64,000 bases of DNA, taken from contig NC_135803.1 in the NCBI RefSeq assembly GCF_964213995.1, positions 3,906,001-3,970,000 of the forward strand. The letters run 5' to 3'. Source of the DNA: Mustelus asterias (taxonomy: Eukaryota). How positions within the stretch are numbered: position 1 is the stretch's first letter; every line of letters starts with the position of its first letter. A model generated the notes under the pieces. That model was not told the DNA's origin. It ran no database searches and worked only from the letters and a program-made list of their open reading frames with translations. Of the stretch, positions 13,001-24,908 are shown piece after piece. The position numbers and the translations under genes are program-made.

Positions 13001-16000
13001 TGCCTCAGTGATAAGCGTGAGTTCCCAACGTTTTTCAGGACAATTCCCAGCGATACCGTTCAGATGAGAGCTTTAGTCCGGGTTATACACCACTTCCGAT
13101 GGACTTGGATCGGAGCTGTGGCTGAAGATAATGATTATGGCCGATTCGGGATGAGGTCTTTAATTGAAGAGGCTGCGAAGTTTGACATTTGCATCGCCTA
13201 CATCGAATTCCTCTCACCCGGCCGTACCAGAGAAAGGATGCGGCAGGTTGTGAATACTATTAGAAATTCCTCGGCTAAGGTGATGATAATATTCTGCGGA
13301 GAGAGTGACACCATGTCTTTGGTAAGCGAACTCAGAACGCAGAACATTTCCGACATCCAACTGATAGCGAGTGAAGCCTGGGTCACATCATTCCAAATGT
13401 GGACAGCGGAAACTCAGGACATTTTAACGGGAACAATCGGGTTTGGAATCAGGAGAGCGGAAATTGCAGGACTGAGAGAGTTTCTAGTCAAATTCCATCC
13501 TTCCACAGCAGTAGACAATCCATTTGTAGAAGAACTCTGGGGGGAAATCTTTGGCTGTAAAATCTCAAATCAAACTCTGGGAGAAAACATAACAGCTTCC
13601 TTTTACAAGCCATGCACAGGTTTAGAGAACTTGGAGACAATTGAGACTCCATTCACTGATGTATCGCAGTTAAGAATTTCCTACAATGTGTACAAAGCGG
13701 TGTACGCTACAGCGCACGCACTTCATAATTTACAATCGTGCGAAAATGGGAAAGGCCCATTTCTCAATAAAACATGTGGTCAAAAGTCAAACCATCTATC
13801 CTGGCAGGTGAGGAATTGTCTCAAACGCCGATTCATTCTGTAAAACTGAATAATTTCTTATTTCGTCAGAAACATCGCCAAGGGCACACAGGAGACCTGT
13901 TCCAAAGTCGAATGATGGTCATTTATTTAATGCTGCCTTAATCTCTTTGCAGAGAATGCGAAACATAGTCAGAGTTACAGAAGATAATAGTTGTTTTCTC
14001 TTTTGTAAAGCTTTTACGGTACCTGCGGGAGGTACGTTTTACAAACCAGTTTGGGGAGGAAGTAACTTTCGATGAAGACGGAGATCCAATCGCTTCCTAT
14101 GATCTGGTCAACTGGCAGAAGCGCCCTGATTGGTCGGTTGATTTTGTTAAAGTTGGTTATTATGATGCAGCGTTACCGGAAGGAGAAGAACTCGCGTTGG
14201 ATGAAAGTAGATTCGTTTGGCACAAAACAGGGCTAGAAAGGAAAGTAAGCAGATTTTCAATCCACAGAAGACTCGAAAGGATGTCTCTGGTCACTGTTTA
14301 CAGCTGCCCCATAACCGCGTTTATTTGAACTATTACTGTGGATGAGATTGAACCAGACTCCAGCGGTAGCGACCCGGGCAATTCTGGGGTTCAGTTACGC
14401 TTTCCGAGAATTGTTTTGAATGCATGGCGTCAATGTTAGAGTTACTGCTCTTCCTGATATATATTAATGACGTGGACTGCGGTCCTTGCATTTTTTTCAG
14501 CTGGTACAAAGATTCGGAAAACTGTGAAGCTTGATGAACTTCAAAAGGACAAAAACATGTTTGTGGGTTGGGCAATCATGTGACAGATGAAGTTTAGTGC
14601 AGAGAAGTGCGAGGTGATTCATTTTTAGAATGTGGAGTGGCATCTGACAGTGAAGGGAAATACTTTAAAGGAGGTGCAGCAACAGAGGGATCTCGGTGTA
14701 TATGTACAGAAGCCATTGCAATGGCAGGACTAGTTGAGAGACCAGTTAATAAATTATATACTACCTTACTCTTTATTAATAGCGGCATTGAGGAAAGAAG
14801 TCTTCCTGAACTTGTACTAGTTAAGCCTGATCTTGAGATTGCGTTCAGTTCTGAATGCCATACTTGACGAAGGATATGAAGGCTTTGGAGAAAGTAGAGA
14901 GAAGACTTATAAGTATGACTCCAGGGTAAACGCACTGTAGCGACAGGGATAGATTGGAGCGGTTATCTGTTTCTTTAGATAAAAGAAGTCTAAGAAGAGA
15001 CTTGATTGAGGTAATAAAGATTCTCAAGGATATCAACTATATGAATAGTGACAGACTATTCCCTCTCAGTTGCGGATAAAGAGTTCGAGGGCATTGGTTT
15101 AAAATAATTGTCAAACGGATTAAAATGATTTGAAGTCATTGTTTTACGTCCTGAATGTGTTTGGAGTCTGGAATAAACTTCGTGGGAAGATGGTGGCGGT
15201 GGTTTCTATTGAGGTGTTCAAAAGGGAATTTAATTTCTATCTGAAATGAGTGAATGTGCAAAGTTATGGGAATAAGGCTGGGGACTGAGTTTGGATAGAA
15301 ATCTCTTTCAGAGAGCCAGTACAGACTCGATGAGCCGAATAATCTGATTCTGCACTGTAAAGATACAGTGATTCTGTGATTTAGGGTCTGCCGACACATT
15401 TCAGCACCACAAGCAGAAGATCTGACCTTCGCTTGAAAGTGTTTGGGGGTGGCAAACTGAAACCCAATCTGCTGCACCATATCGGTGAGCGCCATTTCAA
15501 CCTATGGTATTAACGATATATTCGCGGCTCTTGACATCGATCAAACTACACTTTAGAACGAATCCTTTCAGAGGGTAACCTTTTGGAATTCAGAATTTGA
15601 AGTAATATGCGACCTGGCGTGCTATAAATATGCATGCGTTAAAAAAATAGGTGAGTTTGAACACAGAGTTCTCGATATTTCCTCAGCAGTGAGGCTTCCA
15701 CAGACCATGCCTGGGTCTGTTGAAGAATACCATTGATAGAGATTGATTGAGATGCTTAATCAGCAAATCCATTGTTGTTATATCATGTGGTTATCAGGGT
15801 GGGAGGAGGCGGACACGGCAGACCAAATTCCTCTTCTGTTTCTATTAATTCCAAAATTCCAACTTGTTTTTCAAACTTCGACATCTCCATGTTAATGCCT
15901 ATTCTATTCTGATTTTAGCATTTCATATTTTGGTTTTCATCGAGGTTTCTTTATTTTGATGAATAGTCAAATGAACATTATTCTCACTATATCTCAACAT

Positions 16001-19000
16001 GCCGTTTTATTTCACAACAAACAGAGGGCACAACATTGCAGTCTCTCTGGCCTCGGATGTTTAACTCAGTGGTGATGAGTTTCAATCCTTCTGCATGACA
16101 AGGTGTGAAGTTGAATTTAATCCATAGCCTGGCATCAGGATAAAAGTTGCTGAATGAATTTAAAAATCCAAAGATCATCATTCATGTCATTCAGAGGAGC
16201 GAATGGCCTTACCTGCTGAGGCTGATACATGGCTTTAGACCCACGCTGCAGGGTTAACTTTAAATATTTTAAGTGTACTTAAGAATGGCCAAACAAGGAT
16301 GACTTTATTGTTCACACACATTCTAAGAACAAACTTTTAAAATTCTTTCCAGTAAGCTACGATGAATCAATGTCCAAGTGGAGCTATACTGGACCTAGTA
16401 CTGGGGAATGAGCCCGGTCAGTCTTCAAAGTTTCGGGAGGGGAACATGTGGCAAACAATGATCACAATTCTGTTAGCTTTAGGAGAGTGATGGAAAAGGA
16501 TGAGTCGTGTCCCAAGGGTAAGGTGTTGGATTGGGGGAAGGCTAACTTTAGTGGGATTAGGCAGAAATTGGCAGCTGTTGATTGGGAGAGGCTGTTTGAG
16601 GGTAAATCCACTTCTGGCACGCGGGAGGCTTTTAAGGAACAGTTGTTAGGGCTGCAAGATAGGCATGTGCCTGTAAAAAAGAAGGTTAGGAAGGGTAGGA
16701 TTCGAGAACCGTAGATAACCAGGGAAATTGAGGGACTGGTCAAAAAGAAAAGAGAGGCGTATGTTAGGCCCAGGCAGCTAAAAACGGAGGGAGCTCTGGA
16801 GGAATACAAAGAAAGTAGGAAAGAACTCAAATGAGGAATTAGAAGGGCAAACAGGGGTCACGAAATGTCCTTGGCAGACAGGATTAAGGAGAATCCCAAG
16901 GCATTTTATTCAGACGTTAGGAACAAAAGGGTTGTCAGGGAAAAGAAATCGGACCTCTCAGGGACAAAAGTGGGGAATTATGCTTAGAGCCCAAAGAAGT
17001 GGGGGAGATCCTAAATGAATACTTTGCATCGGTATTCACAAAGGAGAGGGATGTGTTGACTGGGAGTGTCTCGGAGGGGAGTGTTGACCCGTTGGGGAAA
17101 ATCTCCATTACAAGGGAGGAAGGGTTAGGTTTCTTAGGGAATATAAAGACCGACAAATCCCCAGGGCCTGATGGAATCTATCCAAGGCTGCTCAGGGAGA
17201 CGAGAGATGAAATCTCTGGACCTCTGACGCAAATATTTGTCTCGTCACTGGACACAGGTGAGGTCCCAGAGGATTGGAGGATAGCTAATGTGGTCCCGTT
17301 ATTTAAGAAGGGTAGGAAGGATAACCCGGGAAATTATAGGTCGGTGAGTTTGACGTCCGTGGTAGGGAAGTTGTTGGAGAGAATTCTTAGAGATAGGATG
17401 TATGTGCATTTAGAATGGAATAAACTCATTAACGATAGTCAGCATGGTTTTGTGAGAGGGAGGTGATGCCTCACTAACCTGGTGGAGTTTTTTGAAGAAG
17501 TGGCTAGAATGGTTGATGAGGGAAGGGCTGTGGATGTCGTCTATATGGACTTTAGTAAAGAGTTTGACGAAGTCCCTCATGGTAGGTTGGATCTCATGGG
17601 ATAAAGGGGGAGGTGGCTAGATGGGTGGAGAACTGGCTTGGTCACAGAAGACAGAGGGTGGTCGTGGAAGGGTCTTTTCCGGCTGGATGCCTGTGACTAG
17701 TGGTGTTCCACAGGGCTCTGTACTGGGACCTCTGCTGTTTGTGATTTATATAAACGATCTAGAAGAAGGTGTAACTGGGGTGATCAGTAAGTTTGCGGAT
17801 GACACGAAAATGGCTGGACTGGCAGATAGTGAGGAACATTGTCAGAGGCTACAGAAGGATATAGGTAGGCTGGAAATTTGGGCAAAGAAATGGCAGATGG
17901 AGTTCAATCCAGATGAATGCGAAGTGATGCATTTTGGTAGAACTAACGTAGGGGGGAGCTATATGATAAATGGCAGAACCATAAAGGGTGTAGATACGCA
18001 GAGGGACCTGGGTGTGCAAGTCCACAGATCCTTGAAGGTGACGTCACAGGTGGAGAAGATAGTGAATAAGGCATATGGCATGCTTGCCTTTATAGGACGG
18101 GGCATAGAGTATAAAAGTTGGGGTCTGATGTTGCAGGTGTATAGAATGTTGGTTCGGCCGCATTTGGAATACTGCGCCTCGTTCTGGTCGCCACACTACC
18201 AGAAGGACGTGGAGGCTTTAGAGAGAGTGCAGAGGAGGTTTACCAGGATGTTGCCTGGTATGGAAGGGCTTAGTTATGAGGAGAGATTGGGTAAACTGGG
18301 GTTGTTCTCACTGGAAAGACGGAGGATGAGGGGTGACCTAATAGAGGTGTATAAAATTATGAAAGGCGTAGATAGGGTGAACGGTGGGAAGCTTTGTCCC
18401 AGGTCGGTGGTGACGTTCACGATGGGTCATAGGTTCAAGGTGAGGGGGAGGGGGGAGGTTTAACACGGATATCAGAAGGACGTATTTTACACAGAGGGTG
18501 GTGGGGGCCTGGAATGCGCTGCCAGGCAAGGTGGTGGAGGCGGACACACTGGAATCGTTTAAGACTTATCTCGATAGCCACACGAACGGAGTGGGAATGG
18601 AGGGATACAAAAGAATAGTCTAGTTTGGAACAGGGAGTGGCGCGGGCTTGGAGGGCCGAAGGGTCTGTTCCTGTGCTGTATTGTTCTTTGTTCTTTGGAA
18701 AATATCCCAACAAATATAAAATGTGCCGATAGTTATCCCATGTTTATCAATTTAAAATTGGTTATATTTCTTCAAAAGGACGAGCGGCGTGTGAACGCAG
18801 CGCAATAATGAATAGCATGGAGAGGGCAAAACTCAATATTTAAGTCGAAAAGGCAGACGAGATGAGTGGAATTTATTAAAATACAAAGAGAAAGATGAGG
18901 ACTTTTCGAGCCAACAATGAGGATCATTTAAGTTAATTAACAAATGAAATAAAAGAACCAACGTAATTGGATCATTCGAAATAACACATCAGTTCAACCT

Positions 19001-21198
19001 TGGATGGAGTCATGCGCTCGGTGATTCAATTGCAATGGCCGTTCCTTAACTGCCCGCTTTCATGTATTCTGGAAAACAATGTTAAGTTGATGACGATTGA
19101 AAACTTTGCAAAGAATTCGGTTAATCATTATCTGGTCTGCAAACGTACGTTCACAGTTTCAGAGCTACTGTCAAACTGAGCACGTCACTTCCTTAACCCT
19201 TTGACTGGCCAGGACAGTGTTTGCTATCCAGTGTAATTGGCCGTGATATAAGTCTCTTACTTTGACATTTCAGAGGGTAGTTAAGAGTAAAATCACATCC
19301 CTTTGAGTCGCCATGTTTATTTTTTGTGTCACAAGTAGGCTTACATTAACACTGAAAATCCCCCAGTCGCCACACTCCGGCACCTGTTCGGGTACACTGA
19401 GGGAGAATTTAGCATGGCCAATGCACCTAACCAGCACGTCTTTTGGACTGTGAGAGGAAACAGGAGCACCCTGGGGAAACCCAAGTCGGGAATCGAACCC
19501 GGGTCCCTGGCACTGTGAGGCAGTAGTGCTAACAATTATGCCACCGTGGCATCCGAGACCAGACAATGTGGTTAGATTTCCTTCCTTTTACCCAGGCTTT
19601 TAAAATAAATCAATGATGGCTTCGTTGTCATTATACTGAGACTAAATTAATACTTCCGGATATATTAATTAAATTTAGATTCCACCAGCTGCCGTGGTGG
19701 GTTCTGAATGCATCTCTCGAGCGAATTAGCCGGGCCTTTAGATGAGCAGTCCTGTGATATTTCCATTGCAGCAAAGTCATCACCGAAACGATGTATGCAG
19801 TTGCAAAATGAATTTGTGTTTTCATTACATTTTGAGTTTTGAATTGTAACCAAGTTACAGCGGTAACTCAGATAGCAAAGATACAATTATCAATAAAATC
19901 AAAAAGTTTTAATTTCACAGGAAGTTAATATCTGATAAGACTTCCCAGCACCGATTTTACCACTTTGCAAATACTGTATTTTGAGGATAAAATATCGTCT
20001 CTGTTTCCGCAGGTCCCTGTCTCAGTATGTAGTGATAGTTGTGTTCCAGGAACAAGAAGAGCTGTTCGTAAGGGGCAGCCTGTTTGCTGCTTTGACTGTC
20101 TACCGTGCGCTGATGGGGAGATCAGTAACCAGACAGGTAGGCAAAAATGAGAACATCCTTAATATTCCAGCAGGAAACAAGAACGTGGGAATTGGATGTA
20201 CCAAGGCATTGTTTGGATTTGTTATCAGAGCAGCTTTCATTAATTCCGAAAAGTGCATTTGAACTATTATTTGTACATTTCTGTCCACAGATTCTATCGA
20301 ATGTATCAACTGCCCAACAGATTACTGGTCCAATGTTCCAAGAAATCAATGCATTCCGAAAGAGATTGAGTTCCTCTCGTTTCACGACAGTATGGGAATA
20401 ACATTGGTGACAGTTTCACTGTTTGGGGCTTGTATCGCAGGCGCTGTTGCAGCAGTTTTCTTATATTTCATAAACACTCCCATTGTAAGGGCCAACAATT
20501 CTGAATTGAGTTTTCTTCTATTAATCTCATTAATACTCTGCTTTCTCTGCTCCATTGCATTCATTGGACAGCCATCACCATGGTCATGTATGGTGCGTCA
20601 CACTGTGTTTGGAGTTAGCTTTGTTCTGTGTATTTCCTGTATTCTCAGTAAAACTCTGGTGGTCCTGATGGCATTTAAAGCAACCCTACCATCCAGTAAT
20701 GTGATGAAATGGTTTGGACCCAAACAACAACGATCAATTGTCTTTCTCTGCACATTGATACAAATTATAATATGTGTGATCTGGTTGGTGACATCCCCCC
20801 CAGTCCCAATTAAAAACACGGAGTATCAGAGTGATAAAATTATCCTTAAGTGTGACGTGGGTTCCACGGTTTCATTCTGGAGTGTTATAGGTTACATCGG
20901 GCTGTTAGCTTGCACGTGTTTGATTTTAGCATTCCTGGCCCGAGCTTTACCCGACAAGTTCAATGAAGCTAAATTCATTACCTTTAGCATGCTCATCTTT
21001 TTTGCCGTTTGGATAACTTTTATTCCAACCTATGTGAGCAATCCGGGGAAATATGCGGTCGTTGTGGAAATATTTGCAATTTTAGCATCAAGCTACGGAT
21101 TGCTGATCTGTATCTTTGCTCCAAAATGTTACATTATCTTGTTAAAATCAGAAGAGAACACCAAAAAGCACCTGATGGCTAAAAATGTGCAACCTTAG
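6798..21198 (+). CDS. V2R/OlfC-family class C GPCR, gene B, complete six-exon gene (867 aa)
   Basis: Exons 6798-7012, 11215-11506, 12977-13807, 14011-14244, 20013-20136, 20291-21198; all GT-AG; total 2604 nt in one frame. Signal peptide, [44 protein letters not shown], 7TM. Confidence 0.93.
7642..8225 (+). mobile_element. CR1 3' fragment, low divergence
   Basis: Open [13 protein letters not shown]...[10 protein letters not shown]; gggccgaatggcct hairpin; (GTCTTATG)n tail. Confidence 0.88.
8480..9025 (+). mobile_element. CR1 3' fragment
   Basis: [16 protein letters not shown]; same subfamily as 45225-45765. Confidence 0.85.
9339..9678 (+). mobile_element. HE1-type V-SINE, full length
   Basis: Near-identical to 5049-5393. 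Confidence 0.85.
9911..10340 (+). mobile_element. Penelope pLTR-like hammerhead element split by an HE1 SINE
   Basis: agttCTGACGAAgggtcat [SINE] gtcatctagactcGAAAcattggct...; GTCAT repeated at 9926-9930 and 10255-10259. Confidence 0.65.
9931..10243 (-). mobile_element. HE1-type V-SINE
   Basis: Reverse-complement head, V-domain and tail. Confidence 0.8.
11215..11506 (+). CDS. Gene B exon 2
   Basis: 292 bp; gcag|G...ATG|gtaaga; [26 protein letters not shown]. Confidence 0.92.
11575..11830. mobile_element. Inverted pair of pLTR-like arms around a poly-G tract
   Basis: agaaaatgctggaaatactcag...gcaacatctatggagagag on the left and its approximate reverse complement (ctctctccacggttgctgc...tgctgattatttc) on the right. 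Confidence 0.55.
11900..12850 (+). mobile_element. CR1 RT fragment
   Basis: [24 protein letters not shown] with stops. Confidence 0.85.
12977..13807 (+). CDS. Gene B exon 3
   Basis: 831 bp; acag|GTCAGCTAC...TGGCAG|gtgagg; [24 protein letters not shown]. Confidence 0.93.
14011..14244 (+). CDS. Gene B exon 4 (not in ORF track)
   Basis: 234 bp; taaag|CTTTTACGGTAC = [36 protein letters not shown]...ERK|gtaagc. Confidence 0.9.
14380..15380 (+). mobile_element. Old CR1 fragment
   Basis: Degenerate RT and 3' end (ctcgatgagccgaataatctgattctgcactgt). Confidence 0.65.
16383..18695 (+). mobile_element. 5'-truncated CR1 LINE in gene B intron 4
   Basis: RT motifs [14 protein letters not shown]; TTCTTTG tail; TGGA TSD; empty site visible in the gene A paralogous intron at about 1110-1135. 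Confidence 0.9.
20013..20136 (+). CDS. Gene B exon 5 (cysteine-rich domain)
   Basis: 124 bp; [16 protein letters not shown]...CCFDCLPC; GT-AG. Confidence 0.93.
20291..21198 (+). CDS. Gene B exon 6 (7TM domain)
   Basis: 908 bp to TAG; class C 7TM motifs. Confidence 0.93.
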
Positions 21199-21462
21199 CT
21201 AATTACCCGAGTTTTGTAAATTCAGAAGTCTGCACGATGATGAAGAATTGGGCAAGTTGAATGACTAATGCAGTTTTACACTTAACACCAAAGTTTTCAC
21301 TTTCAATATTCTTGGCAATGTGTTCATGATAAGATTGTTTCGACTGGAGATGCCTTTCGTCATTGGATAAAGTTGTGAAATGTTCTTCATTTTGTATGAA
21401 CTAGAAATTGTAAGATTTTGAGTGTCTGCTGACAAGGTTTAAACTGTATTTTGATTACTATT

Positions 21463-21468
21463 AATAAA
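21463..21468 (+). promoter_or_regulatory. Candidate poly(A) signal of gene B
   Basis: AATAAA conserved with the gene A 3' UTR. Confidence 0.5.
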
Positions 21469-21559
21469 TGCAACCATAAAAGCTTAAAAGGATTCAAGAC
21501 GTAAAAAAAGTAGTTTTCTGCATCACACAAATTTTTAGGAAGATATGTCTAAATGTCAT

Positions 21560-21830
21560 CTTCCCACATTCGTGACCCACCTGACCGCGAATATAGCCGC
21601 GGTAGAGGGGCAGACAGTCGCGATGGACAACCCCGTCGATCGCCCGCTGCCTGGACCTGTTGATGGAAGACCTCAATCAGGTATCTCTTTTTAATACCAA
21701 CCAAATAAACGAACTCAAATTAACTCAGGGACAAATTAAAAGTGGCAGCTCCCCAAAAGGAGGGGGAACAGCCCGAAATAAAAGACAAAGTCGAAAGGAA
21801 ACGTAAAACATCAAATCAAAATGTCACTCA
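21560..21830 (-). mobile_element. Probable L1/Tx1-clade fragment
   Basis: Minus frame NRSRQRAIDGVVHRDCLPLYRGYIRGQV resembles a Tx1-type ORF2 C-terminus; absent in the gene A flank. Confidence 0.45.
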
Positions 21831-21867
21831 AGTGCTCTTTGTTTAATTTTCAGCAGCTGTCGAGAGT

Positions 21868-24800
21868 TTTATTTATCTATTCGTCGGGCATGGGCATTGC
21901 TGGCTGGCGAGTATTTATTGCCCATTCCTAGTTGGCCTTGAGCTGGTGGTGATGAGCTGCCTTCTTGAATCGTTGCAGTCCACGTGCTGTGGGCGGACCC
22001 ACAATAACTTTAGGGACGGAGTTTAGGATTTTGACCCAGCGTCTGCGAAAGAACAGTGATATACGTCTAAGTCAGTGTGGTGACTAGCTTGGAGGGGAAC
22101 TTGCAGGTGGTGGTGTCCCCATGTATCTGCTGCCCTTGTCCTTCTAGATGGAAGTGGTCGTGGGTTTGGTAGGTGCTGTCTAAGGATCTTTGGTGAATTG
22201 CTGCAGTTCATCTAGTGGATAGTAGGCACTGCTCCTACTGAGCATTGGTGGTGGAGGGACTGGATATTTGTGTATGTGGTGCCAATCAAGCAGGCTGCTT
22301 TGTGCTGGATCGTGTTGAGCTTCTGGAGTGTTGTTGGACCTGACCCAACCATTTCATTGCTGACTTGTGCCCTGTAGATGATGGACATGTTTAAGGGAGT
22401 CAGGAGGGAGTTACTCGCCGCAGTATTCCTAGGCTCTGTCCTGCTTTTGTGTTTATGTGACGAGTCCAATTGTGTTTCTGGTCAATGATAACCCCAAGAA
22501 TGTTGACATTGTAGGGTTCAGTGATGGTAACACCATTGAATGTCAAGGGGCAGTGGTTAGAGTGTCTCTTATTGGCGATAGTCATTGTCTGGCATTTGTG
22601 TGGTGCAAATGTTAAATTTTTTTTACACAGAGGGTGGTGGGTGCCTGGAACTCGCTGCTGGGGGAGATGGTGGAAGCAGATACGATAGTGACTTTTATGG
22701 GGCGTCTTGACAAATACATGAATAGGATGGGAATGGAGGAATATGGTCTCTGGAAGGGTAGGGGGTTTTAGTTCAGTCGGGCAGCATGGTCGGTGGTGGC
22801 TTGGAGGGTCGAAGTGCTTGTTTCTGTGCTGTAATGTTCTTTGTTCGTTGTTCTTTTGTTCTTTGTTCTTTTGCCACTCGTCAGCCCAAGCCTGAATATT
22901 GTCCAGATCCTGTTACATTTGAACATGGACTACCTCAGTGTCTGAGGAGTCGAGAATGTTGCTGAGGATTGTGCAGTCATCGGTAAACATCCTTAAGACG
23001 GAGGGAAGGTCATTGATGAAGCAGCTGAAGATGGTTGGGCCTCGGACACTATCCTGAGGGATTCCTGCAGAGATGTCCTGGAGCTGAGATAGCTGATCCT
23101 CTATAACCACCACCATCTTCCTATGTGCCAGATATGACGCCAGCCAGCAGAGAGTTTGCCGCTGATGCCCATTGATTCTAGTTTTTCTAGAGCTCCTTGA
23201 TGCCACATTCGGTCGAATGCGGCCTTGAAATCAAGGGCTGTCACTCTCACCTCAATTCTGGAATTCAGTTCTTCTTTCCCATGTTTGAACCAAGGCTGTA
23301 ATGAGGTCAGGAGCTGAGTGATCCTGGCGAAATCCAAACTGGGTGTCACTGAGCAGGTTATTGCTGAGCAGGTGCCGCTTTATCGCACTGTTGATGACTC
23401 CTTCCATCAATTTACTGATGATTGAGAGTAGACTGATTGGACGGTAAATGGCCGGGTTGGATTTGTCCTTTTTTGTGTGTACAGGACATACCTGGGCAAT
23501 TTTCCACATTGTCGGGTAGATGGCAGTGTTGTACATGGACTGGAAGAGCTTGGTTAGGGGAGTAATACGTTCTGGATCACAGGTCTTCAGTACTACTGCC
23601 GGAATGTTATCAGGACTCATTGCCTTTGCAGTGTCCAGTGCCCCCAACCATTTCTTTATATCACGTAGAGCGAATCGAATTGGCTGGAGACTGGCATCTG
23701 AGATGTCGGGGGACACTGGAGGAGGCCCAGATGGATCATCCACTGGGCACTTCTGGTTGAAGAATGCTGGGAATGCTTCAGCCTTATCTTTTGCACTGAT
23801 GTGTTGGCCTGCTCCATTATTGAGGATGGGATATTTGTGGAACCTCCTCCTCCAGTGAGTTTAATTGTCCACCACTATTCACGACTGCATTTGACAGGAC
23901 TGCAGAGCTTAGACCAAAAGAGAAAACGCTGGAAAAAAGCTATCCACCTTTGCTGCCGAGGTTCGATCTGATCCGTTCGTTGTGGCGTCGCTTAGCTCTA
24001 TCTATCGCTTGTTGTTTAGCATTCAGATCGCCCTGTTTTGTAGCTTCAACAGGTCGTCATTTCATGTTCCATATGCCTGGTTCTGCTCCCGCTCTACTCT
24101 CCTGCACTTTCCATTGATCCAGGGTTGATCGCCTGGCTTCATGGTAAGAGTTGAGTGGGGGATGTGCCATGAGGTTACAGACTGTGCTGGAGTAGAGTAT
24201 GGCTGCTGTTGATGGCCTACAGCGCCTCATGGATGCCCAGTCTTAAGTTGCTAGATCTGTTCGAAGGCTTTCCCATTTAGCACGTAGACAGCGCCACACA
24301 ACACAATGGAGGTTGTTCTCAATGTGAAGGCGGGGCTTCGTCTCCACAGGGACTGTGCGGTGGTCACTCTTACTGATACTCTCATGGACAGATACATCTG
24401 CAGCCGACAGATTGGTAAGGGTGAGGTCTAGTGCGTTTTTCCCTCTTGTTGGTTCCTTCACCACCTGCTGCAGACCTAGTCCAGCAGTTATATCAGTTAG
24501 GACTCGACCAGCTCGATCAGTAGTGCTGCTGCCGTGCCATTCTTGGTGGTGGACATGGAAATCCCCGACCCAGAGTATATTTTGCATCCTTGCCACTCTC
24601 AGTGCTTCCTCCAAGTGTTGGAGAGAAGAACTGATTCATCAGCCGAAGGAGGATGGTGTATGGTAACCAGTAAGAGGTTTCCTTGCCCATGTTTAACCTG
24701 AAGCCATGAGGATTCATGGGGTTTGGATTCGATGTTCAGGACTCCCAGGGCAACTCCCTCCAGACTGTATACTATTGTGCTGCTGGGCCTGTCCTGCCAG

Positions 24801-24908
24801 TGGAACAAGGCATATCCAGGAATGATAATGGTAGTGTCTGGTGTGTTATCTGAAAGGCATGTTTCTGTGAGAATGTCAGGCTGTTGTTTTACTTGTCTGT
24901 GAGGCAGC
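21868..24908 (-). mobile_element. Second non-LTR family (CR1/L2 group), APE-RT, decayed
   Basis: ILWVGDFHVH, LDLTLTN, SDH, YRPISLLSIISK, QFGFR, ALDFKAAFDRMWH, GIPQDSVRGP, FTDD; absent from the gene A paralogous flank at about 4030. Confidence 0.85.
22615..22872 (+). mobile_element. CR1 3' fragment nested in the 21868-24908 LINE
   Basis: ttacacagagggtggtgggtgcctggaa... ending in a (ttctttg)n tail. Confidence 0.8.

Noticed and set aside
6798-21198. Calling these genes CASR
   Set aside because: Multiple tandem paralogs with short C-tails and V2R-type six-exon sizes (292/228/124) fit V2R/OlfC rather than single-copy CASR.
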